From: a virus
Length of the DNA stretch: 64,000 nt
Strand: one strand, 5' to 3'
Virus record (IMG/VR): IMGVR_UViG_3300028581_003594
Coordinates: 8,694-72,693 of that record
Made by a program: the position numbers and the translations under genes. Position 1 is the stretch's first letter, and each line of letters begins with the position of its first letter. The notes beneath the pieces were generated by a model, which was given only the letters and a program-made list of their open reading frames with translations, had not been told where the DNA came from and searched no databases. This document shows positions 1-8,396 of the stretch, piece after piece.

Positions 1-2
1 GG

Positions 3-65
3 CAGAGGGCCACAGGTGGTGGCAAGGGCAAAAACAACTTCAGTTCATTATTCGAAGGAGCATAA
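3..65 (+). CDS. 3' end of a gene entering from outside the window; possibly a DpdA/TGT-like transglycosylase (context guess only)
   Basis: Open frame QRATGGGKGKNNFSSLFEGA* ending at TAA 63-65, directly upstream of the deazaguanine locus. Too short to identify. Confidence 0.3.
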   Translation, partial: QRATGGGKGKNNFSSLFEGA

Positions 66-67
66 AC

Positions 68-271
68 ATGGCAAACAAAAACAAGAAGCTTAGAAAACTA
101 CAACTGCACCACCATTACCTAAATAGAAAGGTGGAGGAAGTCACTGAATTGAGGCGTCACGACAGGAGCGTGGAAAGCAAGACCATCCTGATGCGTTTGA
201 AGAAAGAGAAATTGGCGCTGAAGGATGAGATCGCTGAATTGGAAAAGGAATTGGCACAATTAACACTTTGA
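68..271 (+). CDS. YdcH/DUF465-family small coiled-coil protein
   Basis: 67 aa with the LKKEKLALKDEI family-like motif; AAGGAG Shine-Dalgarno (SD) at 55-60. Confidence 0.75.
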   Translation: MANKNKKLRKLQLHHHYLNRKVEEVTELRRHDRSVESKTILMRLKKEKLALKDEIAELEKELAQLTL

Positions 272-295
272 CAATTTAAATTATCATGTTAAAAT
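268..295 (+). promoter_or_regulatory. sigma70-like promoter with extended -10
   Basis: TTGACA(268-273), 16-bp spacer, TAAAAT(290-295) preceded by TGn; ATG at 304 follows 8 nt later. Confidence 0.65.
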
Positions 296-303
296 TAAAC
301 AAT

Positions 304-822
304 ATGCACAGGGATTACAACACAGGACATTTTGACAACAACGAGGTAAAGGTATTCACTGGCATTGAGATCGAGCACACGATCGCATATGGCAAGAGGA
401 CATTGTTCCTGGCCACCAATGATCTGGGCACGGAAGAGGTGTTGGAACTGGCCACCATGAATGGCTGCGAGGCAGTGTACTACGGAGCCAACAGGACCTT
501 TCAATACAACATAGGGACACATGTTTTCCAAATGAGAAAGTTATTGGACAATGGATACTATGTCACAATTGATTATCCCTATGCAGATCATGAAGAAGTC
601 AAGAAGAGATTTGCGCTGATATGGAACGAACCAAAATTCATACCATTCTGCTCCATTATATTTGAGCACAGCGATGACGACCAACAACTGCACTTCAAGA
701 TAGATGATGTCACGTTCAGGCACAGCAATCCTGGCGTGTGGACCATGAGCATGAAGGACTACAAGGCCAAGGCGGGGTTCACAGATTGGGATCAATATGG
801 CAAGGATGAGATCATAAAATGA
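304..822 (+). CDS. uncharacterised phage protein of the deazaguanine locus
   Basis: ORF 286-822; start moved to ATG 304 because of the promoter position. ATGA-coupled to the next gene. Confidence 0.7.
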   Translation: MHRDYNTGHFDNNEVKVFTGIEIEHTIAYGKRTLFLATNDLGTEEVLELATMNGCEAVYYGANRTFQYNIGTHVFQMRKLLDNGYYVTIDYPYADHEEVKKRFALIWNEPKFIPFCSIIFEHSDDDQQLHFKIDDVTFRHSNPGVWTMSMKDYKAKAGFTDWDQYGKDEIIK

Positions 823-1241
823 TTCAAGCACAGAGGGCACAGGCATTGAAAGAAAAATTAAGCCAAAGCTCAAAAATGATCTGGGTAACTTTCCGCAAGG
901 AAGGCACTCACAAATATCCTGCGGCACTGACAGATCCAAAATTGGCCACTGGTGATGAGTATGATGTAAGTTTCCTAGGTTATCCTCACAGACACATGTT
1001 CCATTTTCACGTGGCAATTGAAGTGTTCCACGATGACAGAGACATAGAATTCATACAGTTCAAGAGATGGTTGGAGAAGTTGTATGCGGACAAGACGCTG
1101 GCGTTGGACTACAAGAGTTGTGAGATGATATCAGATGATTTATATCTTGCAATCATAGAACGTTACCCAGGCAGACGAGTAACAATAGAAGTATCAGAGG
1201 ATGGAGAGAATGGCTCGAAAGCAGAATACCCAAGAAGTTAA
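819..1241 (+). CDS. dpdL: QueD-like T-fold protein of the DpdL type (putative 7-carboxy-7-deazaguanine decarboxylase)
   Basis: LGYPHRHMF matches LxxxHRHxF rather than the QueD CxxxHGH; also SCEMI and VSEDGENG T-fold motifs; lies near folE and queE. Confidence 0.7.
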   Translation: MIQAQRAQALKEKLSQSSKMIWVTFRKEGTHKYPAALTDPKLATGDEYDVSFLGYPHRHMFHFHVAIEVFHDDRDIEFIQFKRWLEKLYADKTLALDYKSCEMISDDLYLAIIERYPGRRVTIEVSEDGENGSKAEYPRS

Positions 1242-1560
1242 TATAGAAGTCAACATACCAGTCAAGACACTGACCAAGAGAATGGGTCATCTGCCCATAG
1301 GCGGTGGAGCTCTCAACGCCAGTTACACTTTCGTGGACGCAGTGGCCAACGTGTGCACCATCATGGGTAATGCGGGCTACACGTATGGCAAGGATTTCAT
1401 CTGGGCCTATCACGGCTACAACGACGACATGGATGACACTGTGACCATATTCGTCAAGGACGAGAAGATCAGGACATGGTTGCATCTCAAGGCCAAGTGC
1501 GACTATCATATCAAACATACAAATGATGGTGGTGTCAAACTAACAAAGATGGCAAAATGA
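1210..1560 (+). CDS. hypothetical protein
   Basis: ORF 1201-1560; GGAG upstream of ATG 1210; tight operon spacing. Confidence 0.6.
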   Translation: MARKQNTQEVNIEVNIPVKTLTKRMGHLPIGGGALNASYTFVDAVANVCTIMGNAGYTYGKDFIWAYHGYNDDMDDTVTIFVKDEKIRTWLHLKAKCDYHIKHTNDGGVKLTKMAK

Positions 1561-1607
1561 AAATATTTTACATGGGGCTGGAACCCTCCAGAATGTGTTG
1601 TAACTAA
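1557..1607 (+). pseudogene. orphaned 5' end of the glycosyltransferase gene (MKIFYMGLEPSRMCCN*)
   Basis: ATGA-coupled to the upstream gene; FYMGLE is identical to the N-terminus of the 1920-3098 protein (MRKLFYMGLESY). Confidence 0.75.
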
Positions 1608-1923
1608 AACAATTAATTCTAAACTCAATAAAAGTAAAAGTGTAATAGATCCAAAATTAAAAACAAATTATGAAATTTATTGTAGAACTGTATGGAGATA
1701 TACTAATAGAAATTATAAAAAATTTATGTCTAATCAAAAAAGAAATAGACAAAATCATATAGATCATATACTATCTATTGTAGAAGGATTTAATAACAAT
1801 TTAGATCCAAAAATTGTAGGATCAGTTTATAATTTGAGGATAATAAAAGGTGTTGCTAATCGTAAAAAATCTTATAAGAGTGATATTACTATAAAAGAAT
1901 TAATAAAAAGGAACAACAAATGA
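1561..1923 (+). mobile_element. truncated HNH-type homing endonuclease remnant
   Basis: Very AT-rich, stop-free frame 1561-1923 encoding YCRTVWRYT...HIDHILSIVEGF...NLRII...NRKK; the only in-frame ATG is internal (1726). Confidence 0.65.
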
Positions 1924-3098
1924 GAAAATTATTTTATATGGGCCTTGAAAGTTATCAGGCACGATATACTTTCCAATTAACAGACTGGACAGAAAGAGTT
2001 TATAAGAGACGTGGCATAGAGTATGTGATCGTGCCGGGCACCACCATAGACAACTCCAAAGCGATAGTGACAGGACAGGTGCTGGACGCACATGGCAGAA
2101 GTTATTTTAGCATGAGCCAGATGATGAATTTGGTCAAGATGATGAAAGCAGGAGAGATCACATCAGATGATGCAATATTTTTTGAAGATATGTTCCAACC
2201 GGGCATGGAATCTCTGCCTTATATCATACAGCAATCACCGGAACAATATAGACCAAAAATTTATTTGAGATGCTTGGCACAGGCCATAGATCCAGACGAT
2301 TTTGTACACGTTTGGGGAATGAGTAAGTGGATGAGTTTATATGAGCAGATGTGTAATGAGATACCAAATGTGCATGTCCTTGCAACCAATGAAGAGATGG
2401 TGGCTCACATGAGGATAGCGAACTGGAAGGCTCCTATCTATAACATATCTGGGCTGAGTTACGGCAAAGCGGAAGTGTTAGAACGAGTTAAAAAGATCAA
2501 ACCATTTGAACAGCGAGCTCACAGAGTTGGATTTGCTGCTAGATGGGATCAAGAGAAACAACCTGGATTCTTCATGGATCTGATAGAACACTGGCATGCA
2601 AACAAAACTTTGCCTTCTATAGAATTTGCAATATTCTGTGGAGGACCGCTGAGATCCAACAATCCCGTTTATGTAAATCGAGCAAGATTAATGGCAGAAG
2701 CAGGTGCACTAAAAATATATGAAAATCTTAAAAAGAATGATTATTATGAATTATTGAATGATACTCGAGTGTTATTCAATTGTGCTCTACAGGATTGGGT
2801 ATCCAACACAGTGTCAGAGGCAGACACTCTAGGTTGTAATGTGCTATTCCCGGCATATCGATCATTTCCGGAAACTTTTGCCAATGATGAAACCAGGATG
2901 TATGTGCCATGGAGCGGCAGAGATGCAATGGAGAAATTAAAAACACTATTGACCAAACCATCTCCTAACATGGGACAGATATCGGACTGGACCGATGGCA
3001 CGGTTGATCGAATGATCGACATCATGACCGGCATAGGCGAACAGTGGAGGAGAGATGGCAGACATTATAGAAACACCGCAGCCGAAAGCAAATATTAA
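1920..3098 (+). CDS. GT-B fold (GT4-like) glycosyltransferase
   Basis: ARWDQEKQPGF, CALQDWVSNTVSEA and PAYRSFPE C-terminal GT-B motifs; 392 aa. Confidence 0.75.
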   Translation: MRKLFYMGLESYQARYTFQLTDWTERVYKRRGIEYVIVPGTTIDNSKAIVTGQVLDAHGRSYFSMSQMMNLVKMMKAGEITSDDAIFFEDMFQPGMESLPYIIQQSPEQYRPKIYLRCLAQAIDPDDFVHVWGMSKWMSLYEQMCNEIPNVHVLATNEEMVAHMRIANWKAPIYNISGLSYGKAEVLERVKKIKPFEQRAHRVGFAARWDQEKQPGFFMDLIEHWHANKTLPSIEFAIFCGGPLRSNNPVYVNRARLMAEAGALKIYENLKKNDYYELLNDTRVLFNCALQDWVSNTVSEADTLGCNVLFPAYRSFPETFANDETRMYVPWSGRDAMEKLKTLLTKPSPNMGQISDWTDGTVDRMIDIMTGIGEQWRRDGRHYRNTAAESKY

Positions 3099-3102
3099 AG
3101 TC

Positions 3103-4095
3103 ATGAACAAGGCAGTGCTGGTAGTGGGAGGAGCCGGCTACATTGGTTCTCACACAGCAAAAGAATTAACAAAAAATGGGTTCACGCCAGTGGTGGTGGA
3201 TAGAGATATCAAGACCAAACCCTGGGCCACCCAATATGGGCCGGCATTTGAATGCCATCTGCCCAGAGACACAGATTTCCTAAAAGAGATTGTTCACAGA
3301 TACAACATAGATTCTTGCATACATTTTGCCGCACACACACAGGTGGGAGAATCTGTAAAGGATCCATCTAAATATTACAAGAACAATGTGATAATGACCG
3401 TGCAGTTGTTGGACAAACTCAGAGAAGCAGGTGTGAACAAGTTTGTGTTCTCATCCAGTGCAGCCGTTTATGGCGTTCCTGCCAATGGCATAGCAGAAGA
3501 CGATGCGACAGATCTACAACCAATCAATCCCTACGGTAAAGGTAAACTAATGGTGGAGAATATTCTAAAAGATTATTATGTGGCCTATGGGTTGAGCAGT
3601 GTGAGTCTAAGATATTTTAATGCTGCAGGAGCAGATGCTGATGCAGAAATTGGAGAGTTGAGAGAAGATGAATCACATATCATACCATTGGCTATAGAAG
3701 CGGCATATCAAAATAAGGAATTCAAGTTGTTCGGCACTGATTTTGATACACCAGATGGAACCTGTGTGAGAGATTATGTGCATGTGACTGATCTTGCCAA
3801 TGCACATGTATTATCTCTACAACGTGCATCAGGAGATGTGATCTGTGAAAGATACAATCTGGGGTCGGGCATCAGCACCAGCAACAGACAACTGTTGGAC
3901 ACCATAAAAAAATATGTGGGCAATATAAAGATTGCGGAGATGGCTAGGCGGGCAGGAGATCCTCCCGTGTTGGTGGCAAATACCACACGTGCAAAAAGTC
4001 AATTAGGATGGCAACCTAAGCATAGCTCAGTTGACAACATAGTGCAGACTGCTGTAAAATGGTACAGTAAGATCAACCGGAAAGATTTAAACTAA
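3103..4095 (+). CDS. galE: UDP-glucose 4-epimerase
   Basis: GGAGYIG, HFAA, SSSAAVYG, YGKGK (YxxxK), RYFNAAGA and DGTCVRDYVHV; start at MNKAVL. Confidence 0.9.
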   Translation: MNKAVLVVGGAGYIGSHTAKELTKNGFTPVVVDRDIKTKPWATQYGPAFECHLPRDTDFLKEIVHRYNIDSCIHFAAHTQVGESVKDPSKYYKNNVIMTVQLLDKLREAGVNKFVFSSSAAVYGVPANGIAEDDATDLQPINPYGKGKLMVENILKDYYVAYGLSSVSLRYFNAAGADADAEIGELREDESHIIPLAIEAAYQNKEFKLFGTDFDTPDGTCVRDYVHVTDLANAHVLSLQRASGDVICERYNLGSGISTSNRQLLDTIKKYVGNIKIAEMARRAGDPPVLVANTTRAKSQLGWQPKHSSVDNIVQTAVKWYSKINRKDLN

Positions 4096-4847
4096 TGAGC
4101 GATATCAACAGAGATTCCGTAGTGCAAGGCTTGATGGACACCTGGGTGGACAAGAACAAGCCCGTCAGTGAACAGATAAGAGAAAGAGTCGTCAAGGCGG
4201 GAGATAGGTTCTTCGCAGCCGACAACATCAGCCAATACATAGAGGCGGGCGAAAGAGAAAAACTGATCATTGAGTTGACTGCAAAATTTGAGTCAGTGTT
4301 GGACAGCCTGGTGATCGACAGGGTGAATGATCCCAACAGCTCAGGCACGGGCAAGAGATTGGCCAAGATGTACATAAATGAGATAATGGGCGGAAGATAT
4401 AATCCTGCTCCGGAAGTCACAACATTCCCCAACGAAGACGGCAGGTATGATCAATTGATCGTGATAAGGTCAGATATAAAAAGTATGTGTTCACATCATC
4501 ATCAACCAGTGTCGGGAGTTTGTTATATAGGTTGTCTGCCAGGCAAGAGATTGATTGGATTGAGCAAATACACTCGGATAGCACAACATCAGGCAGCCCG
4601 AGGACATCTTCAGGAGGAACTGACGGAAAAGATTGCGTACAAGATTTCAAAGCTCACAGAGAGTCCAGCGGTGGGCGTGTACATCAGAGCAAGGCACGGC
4701 TGCTGTGAGAACAGGGGCATAAGGAGCAACAACTCCAGCACACAGACAACGGTGTTGAAAGGGCTGCTGAAAACAGATCCCGGATTAAAAAACGAGTTCA
4801 TGCACAACATTCAATTACAAGAAACACAGGGTGGTACAAATGGTTAA
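4095..4847 (+). CDS. folE: GTP cyclohydrolase I
   Basis: SMCSHHHQP, IGLSKYTR, LQEELT and HGCCENRG motifs. Confidence 0.95.
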   Translation: MSDINRDSVVQGLMDTWVDKNKPVSEQIRERVVKAGDRFFAADNISQYIEAGEREKLIIELTAKFESVLDSLVIDRVNDPNSSGTGKRLAKMYINEIMGGRYNPAPEVTTFPNEDGRYDQLIVIRSDIKSMCSHHHQPVSGVCYIGCLPGKRLIGLSKYTRIAQHQAARGHLQEELTEKIAYKISKLTESPAVGVYIRARHGCCENRGIRSNNSSTQTTVLKGLLKTDPGLKNEFMHNIQLQETQGGTNG

Positions 4848-5175
4848 CAGCTCAACAGTCAGCACCTGTCCACTATTTCCCGAATTGGAAAATGAAAAGT
4901 CACATGGGTCGTTAGATCCAAATACAGGACAAGTAACTATTCCTGGTCTTTTTTCTGTACAGGCGAACGCAACACTGCCACCGGGAGTGAATGTGGGCAG
5001 TGCATCAACATCATACACTGTGTCTCATGATGCATGGCAATCCACTGCCAACAGGAATTACGAATTAGAACTACATGAAGAATATCCTGCCCTACGTCAG
5101 GCATGGGAACATTATCAAACTATTTTAAGAATGTGCAAATCTCGAGAGGAGGAGACCGGTGAGAATAGATTATAA
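4840..5175 (+). CDS. hypothetical protein
   Basis: ORF 4831-5175 overlapping both neighbours; C-terminal YPALRQAWEHYQ helix. Confidence 0.6.
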   Translation: MVNSSTVSTCPLFPELENEKSHGSLDPNTGQVTIPGLFSVQANATLPPGVNVGSASTSYTVSHDAWQSTANRNYELELHEEYPALRQAWEHYQTILRMCKSREEETGENRL

Positions 5176-6202
5176 TCTACATCTTGATTACTCCGATGTG
5201 CTGCTGAAACCCAAAAGATCCACACTGAATTCTCGCAGAGATGTTGAGATGACTAGAGATTTCACATTTAGAAACAGCAAGAAACAATTATCTTACACTC
5301 CCATAATAGCATCCAACATGGATGGCGTGGGCACATTCTCCATGGCACGAGTATTGCAAGATTATAAGATGCTCACAGTGATTCGAAAACACTACTCATT
5401 CAATGATTGGAAGGCCACAGCAGGTTCGGGATTAAAATTCAAATATGTTTCTGCTTGTGTGGGCACCGGTGCCATATGGGATGAAGAAGCACTAGACTAT
5501 CAAACATTGAAACAAGTGATCGCAGCGTTTCCAGACATACCTGCCATCACAATAGACGTGGCAAATGCTTACCACGAGCAGTTCGTGGACTTCGTCAAGA
5601 GGATAAGATCAGAATTTCCCGACAAGATCATCATAGCAGGCAACGTGGTGTCGCCAGAAATGACTGAAGAATTGATTATTAACGGAGCAGATGTTGTGAA
5701 AATAGGTATCGGTCCGGGCTCTGTGTGTACCACAAGAACACAGACCGGAGTGGGAGTGCCACAGTTTTCTGCCATAGTTGAGTGTGCTGATGCTGCCAAT
5801 GGAGTGGGTGGCCATATCATTGCTGATGGTGGTTGCACCCAATCAGGAGACATTGCCAAGGCCTTGGGTGCAGGTGCTCATTTCGTCATGTTGGGCGGCA
5901 TGTTGGCAGCTCACGATGAATCCGAATTGGAATTGCGAGATGGCAAGAGGGTGTTCTACGGCATGAGTTCGGAATCAGCATTTGAGCAACACGGTGCAAG
6001 AAAAGACGGCTACAGAGGCACCGAAGGTAAAACAGTACTATTGGATAATAGAGGACCAGTGAGAGATACTGTGGAACAGATTCTGGGTGGTGTCAGAAGC
6101 TCTTGTGTATATATTGGTGCAAGAAGAATCAAAGACATGCCTAAATGTGCTCATTTCGTAAGAGTTAATAATATACAAAATAGAATATTCGATGGAAAAT
6201 AA
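5159..6202 (+). CDS. guaC: GMP reductase
   Basis: LDYSDVLLKPKRSTLNSR, ASNMDGVG, IDVANAY, GPGSVCTTR (catalytic Cys) and ADGGC; 347 aa with no CBS domains. Confidence 0.93.
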   Translation: MRIDYNLHLDYSDVLLKPKRSTLNSRRDVEMTRDFTFRNSKKQLSYTPIIASNMDGVGTFSMARVLQDYKMLTVIRKHYSFNDWKATAGSGLKFKYVSACVGTGAIWDEEALDYQTLKQVIAAFPDIPAITIDVANAYHEQFVDFVKRIRSEFPDKIIIAGNVVSPEMTEELIINGADVVKIGIGPGSVCTTRTQTGVGVPQFSAIVECADAANGVGGHIIADGGCTQSGDIAKALGAGAHFVMLGGMLAAHDESELELRDGKRVFYGMSSESAFEQHGARKDGYRGTEGKTVLLDNRGPVRDTVEQILGGVRSSCVYIGARRIKDMPKCAHFVRVNNIQNRIFDGK

Positions 6203-6659
6203 CGCAACTGTAGAAAAATTATACTTTACTAATATACAGATGAGGAATGCTCTGTTACAGATCGAAGACAAACTAGTGCATGACATGTGGCTGCCTGATA
6301 TCATACTTGGTGTCAACCGAGGTGGTTGCATTCCGGGAGTTTATCTTTCCCACAGGTTGAAGAAAGAACATGCTGTTTTGGATGTGAGATTGAGAGATCA
6401 CGCCGCCAAGCCCAACCTATCTGTGCTGGAACGAGAGTTTGCTTTCCAAAAAAAAATATTGATCATTGATGATATCAATGACACCGGAGCCACCTTCCAA
6501 TATATCTTGGACAATTTTGGACGCCATGACAGAGTGAAGTTTGCGGTGGTGATAAACAACAGGCCTTCCCCAGTAAAAGTTGACTATTTTGGTTATGAGA
6601 TAGACAAAAACGAGAATCCGCAATGGGTGGTTTTTCCATGGGAAGAATGGCAAAAATAA
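6192..6659 (+). CDS. type I purine phosphoribosyltransferase (Gpt-like)
   Basis: GVNRGGCIPG, PRPP loop ILIIDDINDTGAT, and WVVFPWE. Confidence 0.88.
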   Translation: MENNATVEKLYFTNIQMRNALLQIEDKLVHDMWLPDIILGVNRGGCIPGVYLSHRLKKEHAVLDVRLRDHAAKPNLSVLEREFAFQKKILIIDDINDTGATFQYILDNFGRHDRVKFAVVINNRPSPVKVDYFGYEIDKNENPQWVVFPWEEWQK

Positions 6660-6678
6660 AAAACAACAGGAAAAAAAA

Positions 6679-7320
6679 ATGATACAGTTTGTACAGGACC
6701 TTTTAAAAGGCACGGACAAGATATTGGTCAGGAACCTTGTGATATTGCATACACTTATTATCGCTGTGAGCAATTATTTGGTCACCATACGATTCAGTTT
6801 GTTCGCGGAAAAAATCAATATATTGGGATGGGAGACCAACTTTCCCTTGGCAGCGGCAGCATTCACTTTTCCGTTAGTGGTCGTGGCCAGTGATCTCACT
6901 GTGAGATTGATCGGCAAGCAGAGCGCAAGGGCAGTGGTGGCGTTGGCAATCATACCGGCCATTGTGGCATCTGTGTTAGTATTATTGTATTTGGGAGACA
7001 AGCACGCCTATAGAGTGGGCATAGCCAGCGGCGTGGCCTATGGCATAGGCACACTGTTGGATGTATATGTTTTTCAAATAATCAGAGAAAAATTTAAAAC
7101 CAATTGGTGGGCGGCACCAGCACTGAGCATGATAGCTGCCAACATCATCGACACTTACATATTCTTTTACACGGCGTTCTATCCACAACCATGGGTGCAT
7201 GCGGTGGCCTTCAACAACACCATGGTCAAGATCATAGTGGGACAGGTTGTGTTCGTACCGGCCTATGGCATACTGCTTACATACCTGTCCAAGAAATTGA
7301 ACAGGAAATTGGTAGGATAA
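6679..7320 (+). CDS. yhhQ: VUT/YhhQ-family preQ0/preQ1 (queuosine precursor) transporter
   Basis: Multi-pass hydrophobic protein with IAVSNYLV, FTFPLVVVASDLTVRL, LDVYVF, NIIDTYIFFY and PAYGILL. Confidence 0.88.
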   Translation: MIQFVQDLLKGTDKILVRNLVILHTLIIAVSNYLVTIRFSLFAEKINILGWETNFPLAAAAFTFPLVVVASDLTVRLIGKQSARAVVALAIIPAIVASVLVLLYLGDKHAYRVGIASGVAYGIGTLLDVYVFQIIREKFKTNWWAAPALSMIAANIIDTYIFFYTAFYPQPWVHAVAFNNTMVKIIVGQVVFVPAYGILLTYLSKKLNRKLVG

Positions 7321-7336
7321 GGATATTTTTGGTAAG

Positions 7337-7365
7337 TTGACTTCCGATCTAAATATCCGTATAAT
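7337..7365 (+). promoter_or_regulatory. sigma70-like promoter giving a probable leaderless mRNA
   Basis: TTGACT(7337-42), 17 bp, TATAAT(7360-65), 6 nt, ATG(7372). Confidence 0.75.
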
Positions 7366-7371
7366 ATACAT

Positions 7372-7461
7372 ATGAGCAATAAAGCAGGAAAAATTTATAA
7401 AGCTAGTAAAATCCATAAATACTTTTATGAAGTTATATTGGATCAAAAGACCAGAACATAA
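7372..7461 (+). pseudogene. orphaned 5' end of the cupin gene (MSNKAGKIY...*)
   Basis: NKAGKI is identical to the start of 8004-8396 (MGNKAGKIWG); the frame then runs into endonuclease DNA and stops. Confidence 0.75.
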
Positions 7462-8014
7462 AGATATGTATCAAGAAGGTTATATAGGAATTACAACTAC
7501 AGAAGGTATAAATGGGAGATTATATACACACTTCAATAAATTAAAAAACAATTCTCATCCAAACCCAAAATTACAAAACGCTTATAACAAAGATTCTAAT
7601 CTGATAGTTGAAACAATTTACAAAGGATCAATAAAGAATTGTATAAAAAAAGAAAAAAAACTTAGACCCTATAAAAATGTAGGATGGAATATTTTAGAGG
7701 GTGGAGGATTACCTCCTTTACACAATGGTTATATTTGGTTTACAAATGGAAAAAAAAATAAATTAGATATTGATTGTCCGACTGGTTACTGGCCGGGCAG
7801 ATTAACAGTTCAAGGAGAAAATCATGGACATTATGGAAAACCAAAAAAATATAAAACAATAGGATTTAAAAAAGGATATACACCTTGGAATAAAGGACTT
7901 TCTTTAGGACCAAAAACAATAGTAAAATGTCCTAATTGTAATAAAAAGGGTGGGTTGCCTATAATGAAAAGATTTCATTTCACAAATTGTAAGGAGATTA
8001 ATAATGGGAAATAA
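7427..8014 (+). mobile_element. free-standing GIY-YIG (Seg-like) homing endonuclease
   Basis: LYWI...GYIGIT, conserved R, GWNILEGG, NUMOD-like PWNKG and C-terminal CPNC..HFTNC; very AT-rich; TAAATA 5 nt before the ATG. Confidence 0.85.
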
Positions 8015-8396
8015 GGCTGGTAAGATATGGGGTTCTACAGAACTAATACATGCCAATGGCGTGTTGGAATTCCATAGGATAGATTTCAAGGCAGGTGGCG
8101 TTTGTTCCAAGCACCAGCACAAGTACAAGTGGAATGGCTTCTACGTGGTCTCGGGCAAGATGAAGATCAAGGTCTGGCAGAGGGATCAGCAAGATCTCAT
8201 TGATGAAACTGTATTAGGACCGGGAGATTTTACTAAAGTTAAACCAGGATACTATCATCTGTTTGAAGGTTTGGAAGATGGCATGGCTTTCGAACTTTAT
8301 TGGGCTGAATTCAACCACGATGACATACAGAGAGAGAACGTGGGTCACTTCAGGAGCGGCAACGTTGTGAGACTGGATAAGAAAGATAAAAAATAA
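8004..8396 (+). CDS. cupin-domain protein (sugar isomerase-like)
   Basis: SKHQHKYKWNGFYVVSG and VKPGYYHLF cupin metal motifs. Confidence 0.8.
   Translation: MGNKAGKIWGSTELIHANGVLEFHRIDFKAGGVCSKHQHKYKWNGFYVVSGKMKIKVWQRDQQDLIDETVLGPGDFTKVKPGYYHLFEGLEDGMAFELYWAEFNHDDIQRENVGHFRSGNVVRLDKKDKK

Noticed and set aside
819-1241. Calling this gene canonical queD
   Set aside because: It lacks CxxxHGH and has LxxxHRHxF, so it was called DpdL-like.
1557-8014. Group I introns around the two endonucleases
   Set aside because: The inserts leave almost no non-coding sequence for a ribozyme core, and the downstream genes have complete starts of their own.
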